Origin: Octopus vulgaris
Lineage: Eukaryota
NCBI GenBank assembly: GCA_951406725.2
Contig: OX597832.1
Location: forward strand, 26,660,001-26,724,000
Direction of reading: 5' to 3'
Length of the DNA stretch: 64,000 nucleotides
Shown: in pieces, positions 1 to 63,756 of the stretch
How the letters are laid out: every line of letters begins with the position of its first letter
Position numbering within the stretch: position 1 is the first letter of the stretch
Made by a program: the position numbers and the translations under genes
Notes under the pieces: model-generated
Told to the model about the DNA's origin: nothing
Databases searched by the model: none
The model's input: only the letters and a program-made list of their open reading frames with translations

Positions 1-1137
1 GAACTCACAACCTTATGATCATGAGCCGAATGCCCTAACCACTAAGCCACACGCCCTCACTTAACAATTGTACCTAGAGAGAGAACATTTCCATTTATTA
101 CAATATTTACGCCATCTAGATGGAAAGAATCTTGGGGAGAGCATAACAGTAGGTGGTCCTCAGAGGAGAAACCCCCTTTAGTCAACTGTTTCGGCCCTTA
201 ACTCCTGACACTCTAGGGAGGGGAGGGCCACATCTGAGTCATGACTCCTGGGTGTCCACCTGCTGTCCGTTTTAGTACGCCTTAAGTAGGAATGGTTTCT
301 CTGGTTTCTAGCACTGTCAGATTGGTGTAGTCATGTAGGCCTGTGCCTCTAGAGCCAGCAATCCAGGTTCAAATCCAACTGGGACCGCAAGAAAAAAGAA
401 CCCTCACACTTGGGCTGTCTGAGCACTCGCCAGTGTACCCAGGTGGAAACGGGTACTTAGCTCTTCTCAGGGTAGCAGCATACTCCCAACCACATGGTTT
501 CAGGTTCAGTCCCACTGTGTGACATTTTGGGCAAGCATTTTCCAATATAGCCCCAGGCTAACCAAAGTCTTTGGTTTCACATTTCTCAGGAACCTCTAAA
601 CAATAGCTCAATTTAAAAGAAACAGCTGACTCTCTTTCAAGTGAACTTTCTTAGAAACCTTTACACAGTAGCTCAAGTTGCAAGAAATAGTAGCCAAATC
701 TTCATCAGACTCTTTTAGTTTTGCAACTTTTTGGTTTTACTCTTCTTAAAAACCTTTACACAATAACTCAAACTACAAAAAATAGTAGCCACATATTCCT
801 CAAATAATCCCCTTTGGTTTCACATTTTTTTTTTTACAATTCTTAGGAACCTATACACAATAGCTCAGACTATAAGAAATAGTAGCTAAATCTCCCTCCA
901 GTGAATGCTTTTGGTCTAACTTTTCTTTTAAACACAATCTTGTTTTCTGCCAACTAACAACCTTATAATTTATGAAGAGAACAAAATAATTATTAATTAT
1001 ACAAATAACGATTTTATTGATTCAAAATTTCAAACTGAAAGAAAGAAAAATATGAACTTAATCTCAATTATTTCTTGCAGAATAAGCAAAGTTCTACAAG
1101 TATGGTAAATGATAAACTAATTCCAAAATTGACTAAC

Positions 1138-50420
<49,283 letters not shown>

Positions 50421-50665
50421 TGTCTCTGGTGGTGGGCGTAGATTGGATGGTCTGCAAGGGTTGTTCGTTTGTTTGTTTTTATATATATATTTTTTTTAAG
50501 TCACAACTTGTGTCAAAGACTTCATTGACCACCGACACATCAGTGGTCAGCTTTAATGGATTCAATGGCCTGGTCGTTCAGCGACACATTCTGAAACAGA
50601 CAGAAAACACAACAGTAAGAGGAGGGTACTCTAATATGGAAGTTAAGGAGACGGTAATAGATAGA

Positions 50666-50900
50666 AGGCGGCAAGCTGGCAGAATCGTTAGCATGCCGGG
50701 CGAAATGCTTAGCAGTATTTTGTATGCCACTATGTTCTGAATTCAAATTCCGCCGAAGTCGACTTTGCCTTTCATCCTTTCGGGGTCGATTAAATAAGTA
50801 CCAGTTACGCACTGGGGTCGATATAATCGACTTAATCCGTGTTTCTGTCCTTGTTTGTCCCCTCTGAGTTTAGGCCCTTGTGGGTAGTAAAGAAATAGGT
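50666..50900 (+). mobile_element. SINE family C (others about 5725-5905, 10340-10535(-), 13866-14085, 27560-27786, 30635-30848(-), 57713-57920(-))
   Basis: Shared head and core sequence across copies. Confidence 0.82.
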
Positions 50901-51431
50901 AGTAGATAGAAGGGGGAGGAGGGCAGAGAGAGAGAGAGAGAGACACGCTACACGAGACAGACAGCACCTACATGTGAAGGTGACAAGGGAAGAATGGGAG
51001 ACAGGCTATACATGAGGGCGACAGGGGTAATGCGCATGGGTGATAGGGGCCATGCATGTGACCAACAGCGGAGATGTGTGCAGGTGACAGGGGCAATGGG
51101 TGTGGGTGACAGGGGCAATTTGTGATGCTGACAGGGGCAATACATAAGGGTGATAGGGGCGGGAGCTGACCTGGGGCTAAACAATGAAAACCACAAGCCA
51201 TGTAAAAGAAAACAGAAATACACAATCCCACATGAAAATACATATACAGGGGTAAAAACACACACATAAATAATGCCACATGTGCAGTATATTTAAGAGA
51301 CCCAAAAAATAAGATGCAAAAAGAGATATTTTCTTCAAACTTGGCATGAAAGAAGGAAAGACTATTTGGTCTCTCAAGAAGTTTTTTTTTGCCTTAACTT
51401 TGCTTAACAAAACTCAAAATTTTATTGAAAT

Positions 51432-51975
51432 AAGGCCTTCTCAAGCCCAGCATAATGCCAAACGAACAAGGTCACTGCCTCCATGAGGCCCAGTGCTCAA
51501 GGCCCAGCGTAATGTCAAATGGTCCCATTCCTTGCCTCCTGGTATCTGCTATGACTGTGATTTTACTTGGTTTGATGGGTTTTCTTCTCAAGCACAACAA
51601 AATGCCTAAGATCTTAGTCATAAATATATACATAGACATACATATATATCAATTAACATCCTTTTTCCATGCTGGCATGGGTTGGACGGTTTAACTGAGG
51701 TCTGGCGAACCAGATGGCTGCACCAGGCTCCAATCTGATCTGGCAAAGTTTCTACAGCTGGATGCCCGTCCTAATGCCAACCACTCCGAGAGCATAGTGG
51801 GTGCTTTTTACATACTACCAGCACAGGAGCCAACCAGGGGGTACTTGCATTGGTCACGTTTGGATGGTGCCGTTTATGTGCCATCGGCACGGGAACCAGT
51901 CTGGGGGTGCTAGCATCAGCCATGTTCGGTTGGTGCTTATTATGTGCCGCCGGCACAGGAGCCAGTCAGGCAGAC
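51432..51975 (-). mobile_element. RTE LINE 3'UTR fragments
   Basis: As above. Confidence 0.65.
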
Positions 51976-52517
51976 CTATTACATACACGATGGGCTTCTT
52001 TCAGTTTCCATCTGCCAAATCGATTCACAAGGCTTGTCCGAGGTCAGCCCGAGGCTATAGTAGAAGACACTTGCCCAAGGTGCCACGCAGTGGGACTGAA
52101 CCTGGAACCATGTGGTTGGGAAGCAAGCTGTTTACCACAGTGCCATGCCTGAGCCTTATATATAAAAAGTATTTCAGGAATGTACATCACTGTAATGTAG
52201 ACAACAAGGTCTCTTTTATTGCTGAAATCAAAGCCTACAACAACTTCTTAGCATTTCTTTATATACACAGACCGACTATACATGCATACATACATCAGTC
52301 CGTGTGTTTGTATTATGTGCGCATAGATATGTATTCACTTTTTTTGGTGCATACACTCACACATACATACAGATATATGTATAAGCATACACAACATACA
52401 AAGGGGAGTGTGCGTGTGTGTATGTGTGTGTGTGTTTATGTTTTCCAGTTTCAGCTCTTGAGCTGTGGCCATGCTGGGGCACCGCCATTTAATGTGTGTG
52501 TATACTCTTTTTTTTTT

Positions 52518-52757
52518 TACTCTTTTACTTGTTTCAGTCATTTGATTGCAGCCATGCTGGAGCACCGCCTTTGATTGCGGCCATGCTGGAGCACCGCCTT
52601 TAGTCGAGCAAATCGACCCCGGGACTTATTCTTTTGTAAGCCCAGTACTTATTCTATCGGTCTCTTTTTGCCGAACCACTAAGTGACGGGGACGTAAACA
52701 CACCAGCATTGGTTGTCAAGTGATATTGAGGGGACAAACATAGACACACAAATGTAT

Positions 52758-52842
<85 letters not shown>

Positions 52843-52997
52843 TACGACGGGCTTCTTTCAGTTTCCGTCTACCAAATCCACTCACAAGACTTTGGTCGGC
52901 CCAAGGCTATAGCAGAAGACACTTGCCCAAGATGCCACGCAGTGGGACTGAACCCGGAACCATGTGGTTGGTTAGCAAGCTACTTACCACACAGTCA
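52518..52997 (-). mobile_element. SINE family A (young subfamily)
   Basis: Diagnostic cccggg/gggcttacaaaag variant shared with the 31884, 53250 and 63757 copies. Confidence 0.82.
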
Positions 52998-53121
52998 CTT
53001 AAAGAAAAACCACTATTAAACAATTCTATAAAGAAAGATGTTATTCACACCATATAGAAAACATACTATCAAAAAAAAAACTTATTTTAAATCAATAAAG
53101 TTTTGGAATTATATTCCTTAC

Positions 53122-53152
<31 letters not shown>

Positions 53153-53249
53153 GTTATATATACACATGCATACATACATACCTACGTGCACTTATACGAA
53201 CATATGTATACAAACTTGCACACACAAACATGTGTGTGTATAACATGTA

Positions 53250-53429
53250 TAGGCGCGGGAGTGGCTGTGTGGTAAGCAGCTTGCTAACCAACCACATGTT
53301 CTGGGTTCAGTCCCACTGCATGGCATCTTGGGCAAGTGTCTTCTGCTATAGCCCCGGGCCAACCAATGCCTTGTGAGTGGATTTGGTAGACGGAAACTGA
53401 AAGAAGCCTGTCGTATATATGTATATATG

Positions 53430-53466
<37 letters not shown>

Positions 53467-53646
53467 GTGTTTGTCCCCCTAGTATTGCTGGTGTGTTTCT
53501 GCTCCCCGTAACTGAGCGGTTCGGCAAAAGTGACCGATAGAATAAGTACTGGGCTTACAAAAGAATAAGTCCCGGAGTCGAGTTGCTCGATTAAAGGCAG
53601 TGCTCCAGTATGGCCGCAGTCAAATGACTGAAACAAGTAAAAGAGA
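53250..53646 (+). mobile_element. SINE family A (young subfamily)
   Basis: Full-length match. Confidence 0.82.
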
Positions 53647-53799
53647 GATGCATACACAAAAGATTTGTTCCATAAATACTTTTTTCTACACCGACTTCTC
53701 TCACATGTTAGTGTGTGTGAGTGCACGTACGTGTGCGTGGCCGAGTGGTTAAAAGCTTACTTCATGTTGCAGAGGTCCCAGTTTCAATCCTACAACCCA

Positions 53800-54135
53800 C
53801 TACCTTGGTTTCGCTACAGCAACCCTTGTCGCACCAACAGAACATCGTCCGTCTTGGCCTTTTCTATTGTTATTACCACAAGAAATGTTCTGATGAACTT
53901 TCTCTCTTAATCTCAGAGACTTGGAACCCACAGTGTCTTCATCTGAACGCTGTTGTTGCGCTTCCAAGAATAAGAAGGTCTTTTTACAGTTGTACCTTTT
54001 ATCCTCGAGCTGCCAGACTCTGGAACTCTCTTCCATCTTTTTTATTCCTTCAACCTTACGACCTGAACTCTTTCAAGTCTAAAATAAATTCCTTCCTTTC
54101 ATCATAATATCTCCTTTTCCATAGTCTCTTATAAT
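53800..54135 (+). mobile_element. CR1/Jockey-group LINE RT C-terminal fragment
   Basis: LSH..LFY.YY..CS.EL...F.PR..LWNSLP...YDLNSFK motif. Confidence 0.75.
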
Positions 54136-54138
54136 ACA

Positions 54139-54528
54139 AGTGGAGGCGCAATGGCCCAGTGGTTAGGGCAGCGGTCTCGCGGTCATAGGATCGCAGTTTC
54201 GATTCCCAGACCGGGCATTGTGAGTGTTTATTAAGCGAAAACACCTAAAGCTCCACGAGGCTCCAGCAGGAGATGGTGGTGAACCCTGCTGTACTCTTTC
54301 ACCACAACTTTCTCTCACTCTTACTTCCTGTTTCTGTTGTACCTGTATTTCGAAGGGCCGGCCTTGTCATTCTCTGTGTCACGCTGAATATCCCCGAGAA
54401 CTAAGTTAAGGGTACACGTGTCTGTGGAGTGCTCAGCCACTTACACGTTAATTTCACGAGCAGGCTGTTCCGTTGATTCGGATCAACCGGAACCCTCGTC
54501 GTCGTAACCGACGGAGTGCTTCCATCCA
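54139..54528 (+). mobile_element. SINE, family B head + tail type ii
   Basis: Tail shared with the 1300-1610 copy. Confidence 0.82.
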
Positions 54529-55397
54529 TATTATACTAAGTGGCTTCTTGCCTTGTTTGTAAAGTTCAGTATTAAAAAGAAAAGAAACAAAAAGGTCTGG
54601 TACTTATTCTGTTCGTCTATTTTACTGAACTACTAAGTTACAGTAACACAAACAAACCAACACTGGTTGCCAAGTAGTGGACAAGCACAAAAACAAGTAC
54701 ACATTAATATATCTTACACACCTTTCAGTCATAAGACTGTGGCCATGCTGGGGCATATACAAACAAGCTTCTTTCAGTTTCAGTCTATCAAATCCACTCA
54801 CAAGGCTTTGGTCAACCTGAGGCTATAATAGAAGTCACTTGCCCAGGGTGTCACACAGTGGGACTGAACCCCAAATCACAAGGTTGGGGAGCACTTAATA
54901 CTGTATGCACTGGGTTTTATGTTTCGGTGTTAACCAATTTTGATTATAAATATCAGAAAAAGAAAACCATTGTTATTTCATCAGATTCAATGCTTACAGT
55001 CGTTTCCAAAACGCAATATTGCTGCACCTCTGTGCAAAACTGAATCATATTTATCGGCGATAAGGAAATACCTATCTACCTGTATATTAGATAATTTTCA
55101 TGTTCGCTGGTCTTAGAGTATGCATACCAGGTCTCTGTGTCATAATGGGCTGACTTAGATAACTAAAAGGATTGGTGATAAAGAAGGGCATCCAGCTGTG
55201 TAATAATAATATACACTGCTTCAGAAAACCCTTGCAACACATGCCAACACGCAGAAGGAGAAAGTAAAGCTTGCATCCCAACCACGTGGTTCTGGGTTCA
55301 GTCCCACTGCATGGGTTCAGTCCCACTGTGGGCAAGGATCATCTACTATAGTCCCAGGCTAACAAAAGCCTTGTGAGCGGATTTGGTGTGTCTGTGT

Positions 55398-55445
<48 letters not shown>

Positions 55446-55756
55446 TCTGTTTGTAGCTAACAGTTGTCTGACAACTGGTGCTGGTTTGTTTATGTCCCAT
55501 AACTTTTGTGGTTTGGAAAAAGAGAGTGACTAAATGCCAGGCTTTAAAAGTACTGGAGGTGATGGATTCGGCTAAAACCTTTTAAACCAGTGCTCCAGCA
55601 TGGTCACTGGTAAAATGACTGAAACAAGATTTTATATATATATTTGTTGTATGTAGGGATGGTCATGTTGCCAGTTTAGCCAATAAAAACACACGCACTA
55701 TATATTTGGTGTTAATTTGCTTCAGCTTTATTTTATTTTTTACATTAATTGTATTT

Positions 55757-55802
55757 CGGGCAGAGTTCTTTCGTCACACTCCTGTGACCTCATCAGAGGT
55801 CC
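55757..55802 (-). ncRNA. Hammerhead-like motif (core intact, stem I decayed)
   Basis: CUGAUGA-G-GUCAC-AGGAGU-GUGAC-GAAA-GAAC-UC. Confidence 0.55.
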
Positions 55803-56036
55803 TTTGCTTTCTTCCTTATTATTTGTGTGTCTTTCCTTACCAACAATCAGCCATTTTGTCAGTAAGGAAAGACACACAAATATATGTATAGGTATATATG
55901 TATATGTATGCTAAGTTTAGATGCTTAAACTTTGGTTGTTTTTATTTGTATTTTTTTTTAAATTGGTTATTTTATCCTGTATTATATTATAATGTAATAA
56001 ATTGTCAGATTATCAATTGTATTTCTCAGTTTGATT

Positions 56037-56073
<37 letters not shown>

Positions 56074-56692
56074 CACAATATACATGTATATTGTCAAATA
56101 TATACATGTATATATGTCAGCAAGCACTATATACAAACAACTATACATGCATGCACACATACATACACACAACCATACATGCACGCACGTACACATATTT
56201 CCATATAAAGGTACGCATTTGTGTAGAGATACAGTGTGTGTATTAATCATGTAATATATATATGTATGTAGATATGTGCGAGGGTAGGGCGGGTTTGTAT
56301 TCAACAGCCAATCCTCCTCAACCACCACCACCACCGCCCCAGGATGCATTACGAATACATTGATATTGATAATTGTTTATGACGACAGAAGGTGGGATGG
56401 ATGAGGAGAGGGGGGGGGAGTGACCACTAGTTTTATTTTCTCTGTGTGTGTGTGTGTGTGTGAGAGAGAGTCAGTGGTGGCAGGGGTATGTAAAAATATT
56501 TTGATCGACAACCATGGTATTTCAATGAAAACCTTTATAGACACACACAAACTTTCAATACATAATTTCTATATGTAATGTGGTTAGAGTGAGGGGGGGG
56601 GGGGGTTGTCATTGACAGGAAAAAAAACACACAAGTTCCTTCCCCTTGCTACCCTGCTGTAACATACCATAACATACTAAAGGCTATATGGT

Positions 56693-56751
<59 letters not shown>

Positions 56752-56875
56752 TGGAGAAGAGAAATAACGCGTGCGTTCGGTCATATAGTAATATAATAAA
56801 TAAATAAAATAAATAAAATATATGCATGTATACATACATATATGTACATACTTACATCTACATGTATATATACAT

Positions 56876-56926
<51 letters not shown>

Positions 56927-57059
56927 GCAAAGTAAATTATTTTACTGAGCCCTTAATTATATAAAGTAATATTTTGAATACGCCTTGAATGGTCCTTTTA
57001 CATACTGAACACTACTTGGTGAAATTAATTAATAACTAATTGATTTTACCCTTAATTAT

Positions 57060-57113
<54 letters not shown>

Positions 57114-58699
57114 GAGTACAGGACACCACAAATAAACGTAGAACACAACGAGAGACGGAAACAAAATCAAACGGACTTTTTTTAAACAAAGAAAAAACAG
57201 AGTACAGGACAAACAATACAAGGAAAATTCCCCTTCATCAGCTGTCCCTGGTTCGACTATGTATTGTGCATTTTATGATCAACAAGTATAGGCAAGACTA
57301 ACCCCCCCCCCAAAAAAAAATAAATAAAACACCCTTTAAAAAATTTTGTTGGGACATTGAGAATATGACAGCTGGAGCGAGGGAGGGCAATGCCGACATT
57401 AGGCTGGTATCTATTTACAATTGAGTAGACTGGAGTAACATAAAATGAAGTGGCTTGCTCAAGGATACAATGTGCTCCTAGTCCAGGAATTGAAATCATG
57501 GCCTTATGAATGTGAGCCAAACATGCTAACCACTAGGCCAAGTGCCTTCACAAAATTATATACATATACTGTGACATGTAAATGCACAGATAACACATAC
57601 ACATACACATGGCAACACACACACACATAGCAATACACACTTATACACACGCATACTACATCTCACTCATACAAATATGCATGCATGCACATATACCATG
57701 TGCACACAATACCTATTTCTTTACTACCTACAAGGGGCTAAACACAGAGGAGACAAACGAGGACCGACAAATGGATTAAGTCGATTATATTGACCCCAGT
57801 GCGTAACTGGTACTTAATTTATCGACCCCGAAAGGAAAAGTTGACCTTGGCGAAATTTGAACACAGAAATACGAAATACGGCAGACGAAATACGGCTACG
57901 CATTTCGCCCGGCGTGCACACAATACCACCCACCATGACCACCCTGCTGATGAGTAATTCCATTCAAACTGAGCCACACAGTAACATACAAATACACACA
58001 GTAACCCCACTGTAAACACAAACAGTCACTGACCCCCAGCCACACATCGCACACATTAACGGTCATCGACACACACATACACACATAGAGTGATACACAC
58101 ACACACAAGCATACCCACTATGATTTATAGCATCTGATAAAAATACATAAATTCTTGACACTGGAAGCAAGTTGGTGCCAGGATAATTTGGCAATCGATA
58201 CATCGCCGGTTACCCATCGCCAAACTTCTGCAGATAGCATTGCCATTTATTTTTCCCACTTGATTAACTTAGCCGAGAATGGGTTTTGTGTGAGAAGCAG
58301 AAAATAGCTGGAATCGTGGGTGTTGGAGCCAAGAATAAATATTCCCATCAGCACTTAACTAACTCAATCAAATGCTAAAGTAAGAATGGTTGTCTGCGGT
58401 GGGTGGCGTGGCGGGGTTGGAGGAGCGGAAGATAGCTGGAATACATGTCTGCCGTGATTTCTGATTAATAATGCCGACTTTCCAGACTATTAATCTCATC
58501 TCTTTTTCATAATGAAACATTCCGTTACAATGATTGTATCTACACTACGTTCCAATCATGCCACTCACCAATCATCGTCAGCTGTCTTAATTCTCAGATT
58601 TGGACTTTGTACTAAGTTGGAATCGAACTAAGATACTTTGGTTCAAAACTAAAAGAGACAATCCTGTATATGCTATTAAATACCACCTCAAATGGTTCA

Positions 58700-59050
58700 T
58701 ATGATGCCATTGACTCACGTGCTGTATGACCCAGTTATTGGTTTTCTTGTCCCACCATGTGATGCTGAACAAGATTCGTTCCAATTCACGTCGGGCCAGA
58801 ACGAGGGCATTCATGATGGTAGTGTTAAGGGTTCATGTTTCACTGCCATACATCAATACTGGCAGGATGGACTCAAAGACATGTCTTTTAATTTTCCTGG
58901 AAGTCTTCGGACTTCTAACATGATATTTTATCTTCCCAAAGGTTGCCCAACCAAGCACTGTTTTCCCCTCGATCTCCAGGAGGAGATTTCTATCTTTTGT
59001 CACCATCTTTCCCAGGTAAACATAGCTGTCTACCTCATCAGTCATGCTAT
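58700..59050 (-). mobile_element. RTE-clade LINE RT fragment (second family)
   Basis: VDSYVYLG...LPVLMYGSET motif. Confidence 0.8.
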
Positions 59051-59196
59051 GCCAACATCTGTCACCTTAAACAGCAAGCCCACATATATATATATATACA
59101 CACACACACGTACACACACACAGTTGGTGATTTCTTTTCCTTCTTTGGACTTTTTGTGCATGTCCTCTTGTTGTTCATTATTATTAATTTTATTGT

Positions 59197-59307
59197 TCGA
59201 CCTGAAGAGTGGCTATGTACCATTGGATCGAAGAAATATTAATATTTGGGATTATCGATTTTGATATTGTCGATTTGAATATTTCGTTACGAAACGTGTG
59301 TAGTCGA
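59197..59307 (+). ncRNA. Type I hammerhead ribozyme with long stem-II insertion
   Basis: UCGAC-CUGAAGA-GUGGC..(72 nt)..GUUAC-GAAA-CGUGUG-UA^GUCGA; stem I is a perfect 5 bp; stem III is self-complementary with G-U pairs. Confidence 0.72.
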
Positions 59308-60312
59308 TTTAATGTGAATTATTTAGTATAGTAATTTTTAATACAATATTAATAAAATATTTAAATTTATATTTTATTATAGATAATATCTTTCATTATC
59401 AATTGAATTACTTTGATGGAGGTTCTCTCTCTCAATTATATATATATATATACATATATATGTACACACACAGTGGACTTCTTTTAGTTTCTGTTGACCA
59501 AATTCACCTATAAGGCTTTAGTCAGGCCAGGGCTATAGAAGATATTTACCTTTAGGTACCACAGAATGGGACTGAACCTGAAACTATGTGGTTGGGAAAC
59601 AAACCTCTTACCACACAGCCACGCTTGCACCATTTATAACCAAAAGCTCAAAGCCCTTCCTTCTCAAATGATGTCCAGGGAACTGAGCTTTAAATGCAAT
59701 CCTTAAATGGTGAAATTGGAATTGTGTTATCAGATCCAGGAATAAATAAATCCATTAACATTCAGTTTGCTTGATCAAAAGGCTAAGGTAAGAATGGTCG
59801 TTTGTGGTGTGTAGGTGGTGAAAACGGAATTGCGATAGTGGAGCCAGGAATAAAGAAATTGCCAAACATTCACCAAAAGAACGGAACCATGTGAAGTTAT
59901 CACAACAAGAATATCCAAAAATAACACCGCTTCCCTCCTCACAACGTCTAATACTAATTCATCAGATCTATTAATGGTAGACACACACACACACATGAAC
60001 GCATGCATATGGACATGTATAGCCACTCATGCATACGTATGTATATACATACACATACTCACACACTGCAGGCCCCCTCCCCCCCACAAATATATACACA
60101 CAGCTGGTCACAAACTGATAAGAATATACTTTTACAAGATGTAACAGAGAAAATGGTGTGTGTGTGTGTGATAATGTGGTATGGTGTGTAAGGAATAGAA
60201 GCATGTATGTGTGTGTGTGTGTGTGTGTGACGTGGTATGATACGATACATGAAAAATGTGTGTGTGTATGTATGTATATATATATATGCATGTGCATGTG
60301 GTATGTCACATG

Positions 60313-60349
<37 letters not shown>

Positions 60350-60793
60350 GAGTGAGTGGTGGACAGTGGGCTATATGAAGTACCTGTGTAATGCCGTAGT
60401 GTGTATTCAGAGTGTATATAAAATGTATGTATATAATGAAATCTATGTATGCATAGAACTGCATGCAAATATATGTGTGAATGTATGTGTATATGTGTGT
60501 GAATGTGTGTGTGGATGTGAATGTGTGTATGGGTGTGAATGTGTGTGTAGATGTGTGTGTGTGTGTGAATGTGTGTGTAGATGTGAATGTGTGTATGGGT
60601 GTGTGAATCTGTGTGTGGTGTATGTGTGTGTGTGTGCTTGTGTGTGTGAATGAGCGTATTGCCTGTGTAGGAGGGTACCAAAAACAAAAAAAAAGCTTTG
60701 GCAAACTTTAAACAAAGCCTGTATTGGTTGGCAGTCCATCCGAGGCAGGGTGGTCGGGGTGGGATATGGGGGTGAGAGAGCGACCGAATACTC

Positions 60794-60827
<34 letters not shown>

Positions 60828-61679
60828 CGAGGTAACCATCTTCATGACTAAAGTTAGTCTTTGACTGCATACTTCCTCTCTACCATTCTCTTCATCTGTT
60901 TTTGAGTCATTCCGCCAAGACTGATAACCGAAGACCAAAGCCTAGAACTGGCACGACATTGTCTTATATAACATCACGGAATTACAAAATTCTTATCTTT
61001 TTGTGACTGAATATAGCAACGGACGCAGAGTTTGACATACTTTTCCATTACTGCATACACACAAATGTATATATGTCTACTTATACACACATGTACTGAT
61101 TTACCTACATGTTCGTATATCTGTGGATTTCATGAAAATTTTAAATAATTTTATTGAAATACATTTCAGTCATTAAACTGTGGCCATGCTGGAGCACAGA
61201 TTTGATGGATTTTGGTCAAAGGAATCAAATTTGATACTTTTTCCTTTAACCTCGAATTCATTCTATAGGTCTCTTTTGCCAAACAACTCTGTGTGTGTGT
61301 GTAGACACAAATACACACACACACATTGTATGTACACGCGCACACACACATCAAATTGGCCTATCAAATTGGATCCATTCAATCACAGTCACTCATCATT
61401 TATCACTCTCACTCAAAACTGAAATCAACAGAAATAAATAAATATAAATCAAAATACATAAACTCCCCCAAAAAATGATAGAATTGTGGCATAAATAATA
61501 GCAAAAACCAGAAATAAAGGAAGGAAAACCAGACAACTTTTATCAGAAGACCTGTTTGTCTACTGCAGTGATTCTCAACTGTTTTTTTTTTTTGCCTATG
61601 TACCCCTTTGAGTACTATATTAATTGGGTGGACCCTCATAGCCATGCAATGTTTAAAAAAGTTCTACTATATTTTATAA

Positions 61680-62060
61680 CTAGCAGTATTGCCCGGCCTT
61701 TGCTCGGGTTTGTTTCGACCCTTTAGAATTGGAATTTTTGAAAAGTAAAAATGTTTTCATTATGTAGCTTGTTATTCTCTTTGAGTGAACATTTTTCTGG
61801 TTGAAATACACCGAAAAATGGCAACACAGCAGTCAAAAAATCGTAAAAATAGGGATTTTCATAGAAAAAAAGCACCTTTTTGATGTAAATAATTTTTGGT
61901 GTTAACATGGTTCGATTTGAATATTTTTCTTCTACGGAAGGAAGAGCAAGCCTTCTTCTATCATACTCTGAATTTTGGTCAACTTGCGCAGAGGGTCTCG
62001 GAGGAGATAGTGTTAGTTGAAGGCTACCAAACCTGCCATACACAGACAACTTCAGCTTTA
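61680..62060 (-). mobile_element. Non-autonomous Helitron, same family as 45140
   Basis: Reverse-complement match across about 380 bp with CTAG end at 61680. Confidence 0.75.
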
Positions 62061-62621
62061 GGGACTATATATATATGTATGTATATATAAACATGATGAG
62101 CATGGTTGGAGTACTTTTTGTCATGGGTCTGCTCAAATCAGAGTCGACCTGGGGTTAAATAACAACCACCACTACCATTGCTAATACCACTACAATCACC
62201 ACAACCACCACCACCACCACCAGACCACTGCAAACATCACCGTCTCCAGCACCAAGTCATGTCTGATTCTTCAAAGAGCCAAAATTCCTGTTCTATTGTA
62301 TCATCTTTTTCTCTACACCCACACACACACACATGCAGCCATAAACACACACACACACACACACACACATACAGATACACACACACACATACAGACACAC
62401 ACGCTACTCTCTCACTTATGTTCCTCTTCCTCCTCGCCAGACACCATGCAACAGGGATGTGTGACCTTCAGAGATTTTTTTAGGTTCAAAACTCCACAAT
62501 CAGCTGCCCTACTGGCCACCCCCACAGACACACACACACACACACACACACACAGCATCCATCTACACACCCACCACCAGACCTCCAGGATGTTCATGCA
62601 TCACAACCACCATGCCAGCTG

Positions 62622-62657
<36 letters not shown>

Positions 62658-62811
62658 ACAACCCCACCACGACCACCACCACTGGTGTAAGTACACCAAT
62701 GCTCATTCCCACCACCATTACCACAAATTACACACACCATAAAATGGTACAGACAAGGATCAAAAAATGCCAAAAACTACAGAATATTACAAAGATGTTC
62801 ATCCACCGCTC

Positions 62812-63607
<796 letters not shown>

Positions 63608-63756
63608 GTCTCTTCTCTCAGCAATCATGCAAGCCTCCCACTCGACCCCTACCATATCTAAACCACTGATCCTTAACATTTTTTTCCCTTCCTATAGCAT
63701 CATTCTGCCCTCCTTCCTAGAATTCCCTTCCTGCCATCTGCAGCTTACAATTACCC

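Noticed and set aside
57110-57260. CUGAUGA-AGGGG in a (TA)n-flanked element
   Set aside because: Possibly a truncated Penelope-like element, but no GAAA/stem III partner is visible, so it is not counted as a ribozyme
57945-57985. CTGATGAG motif
   Set aside because: No downstream GAAA or supporting stems
60873-60941. Possible 69-nt exon (ALVFGYQSWRNDSKTDEENGREE)
   Set aside because: Weak splice sites and a phase that does not connect to the main ORF
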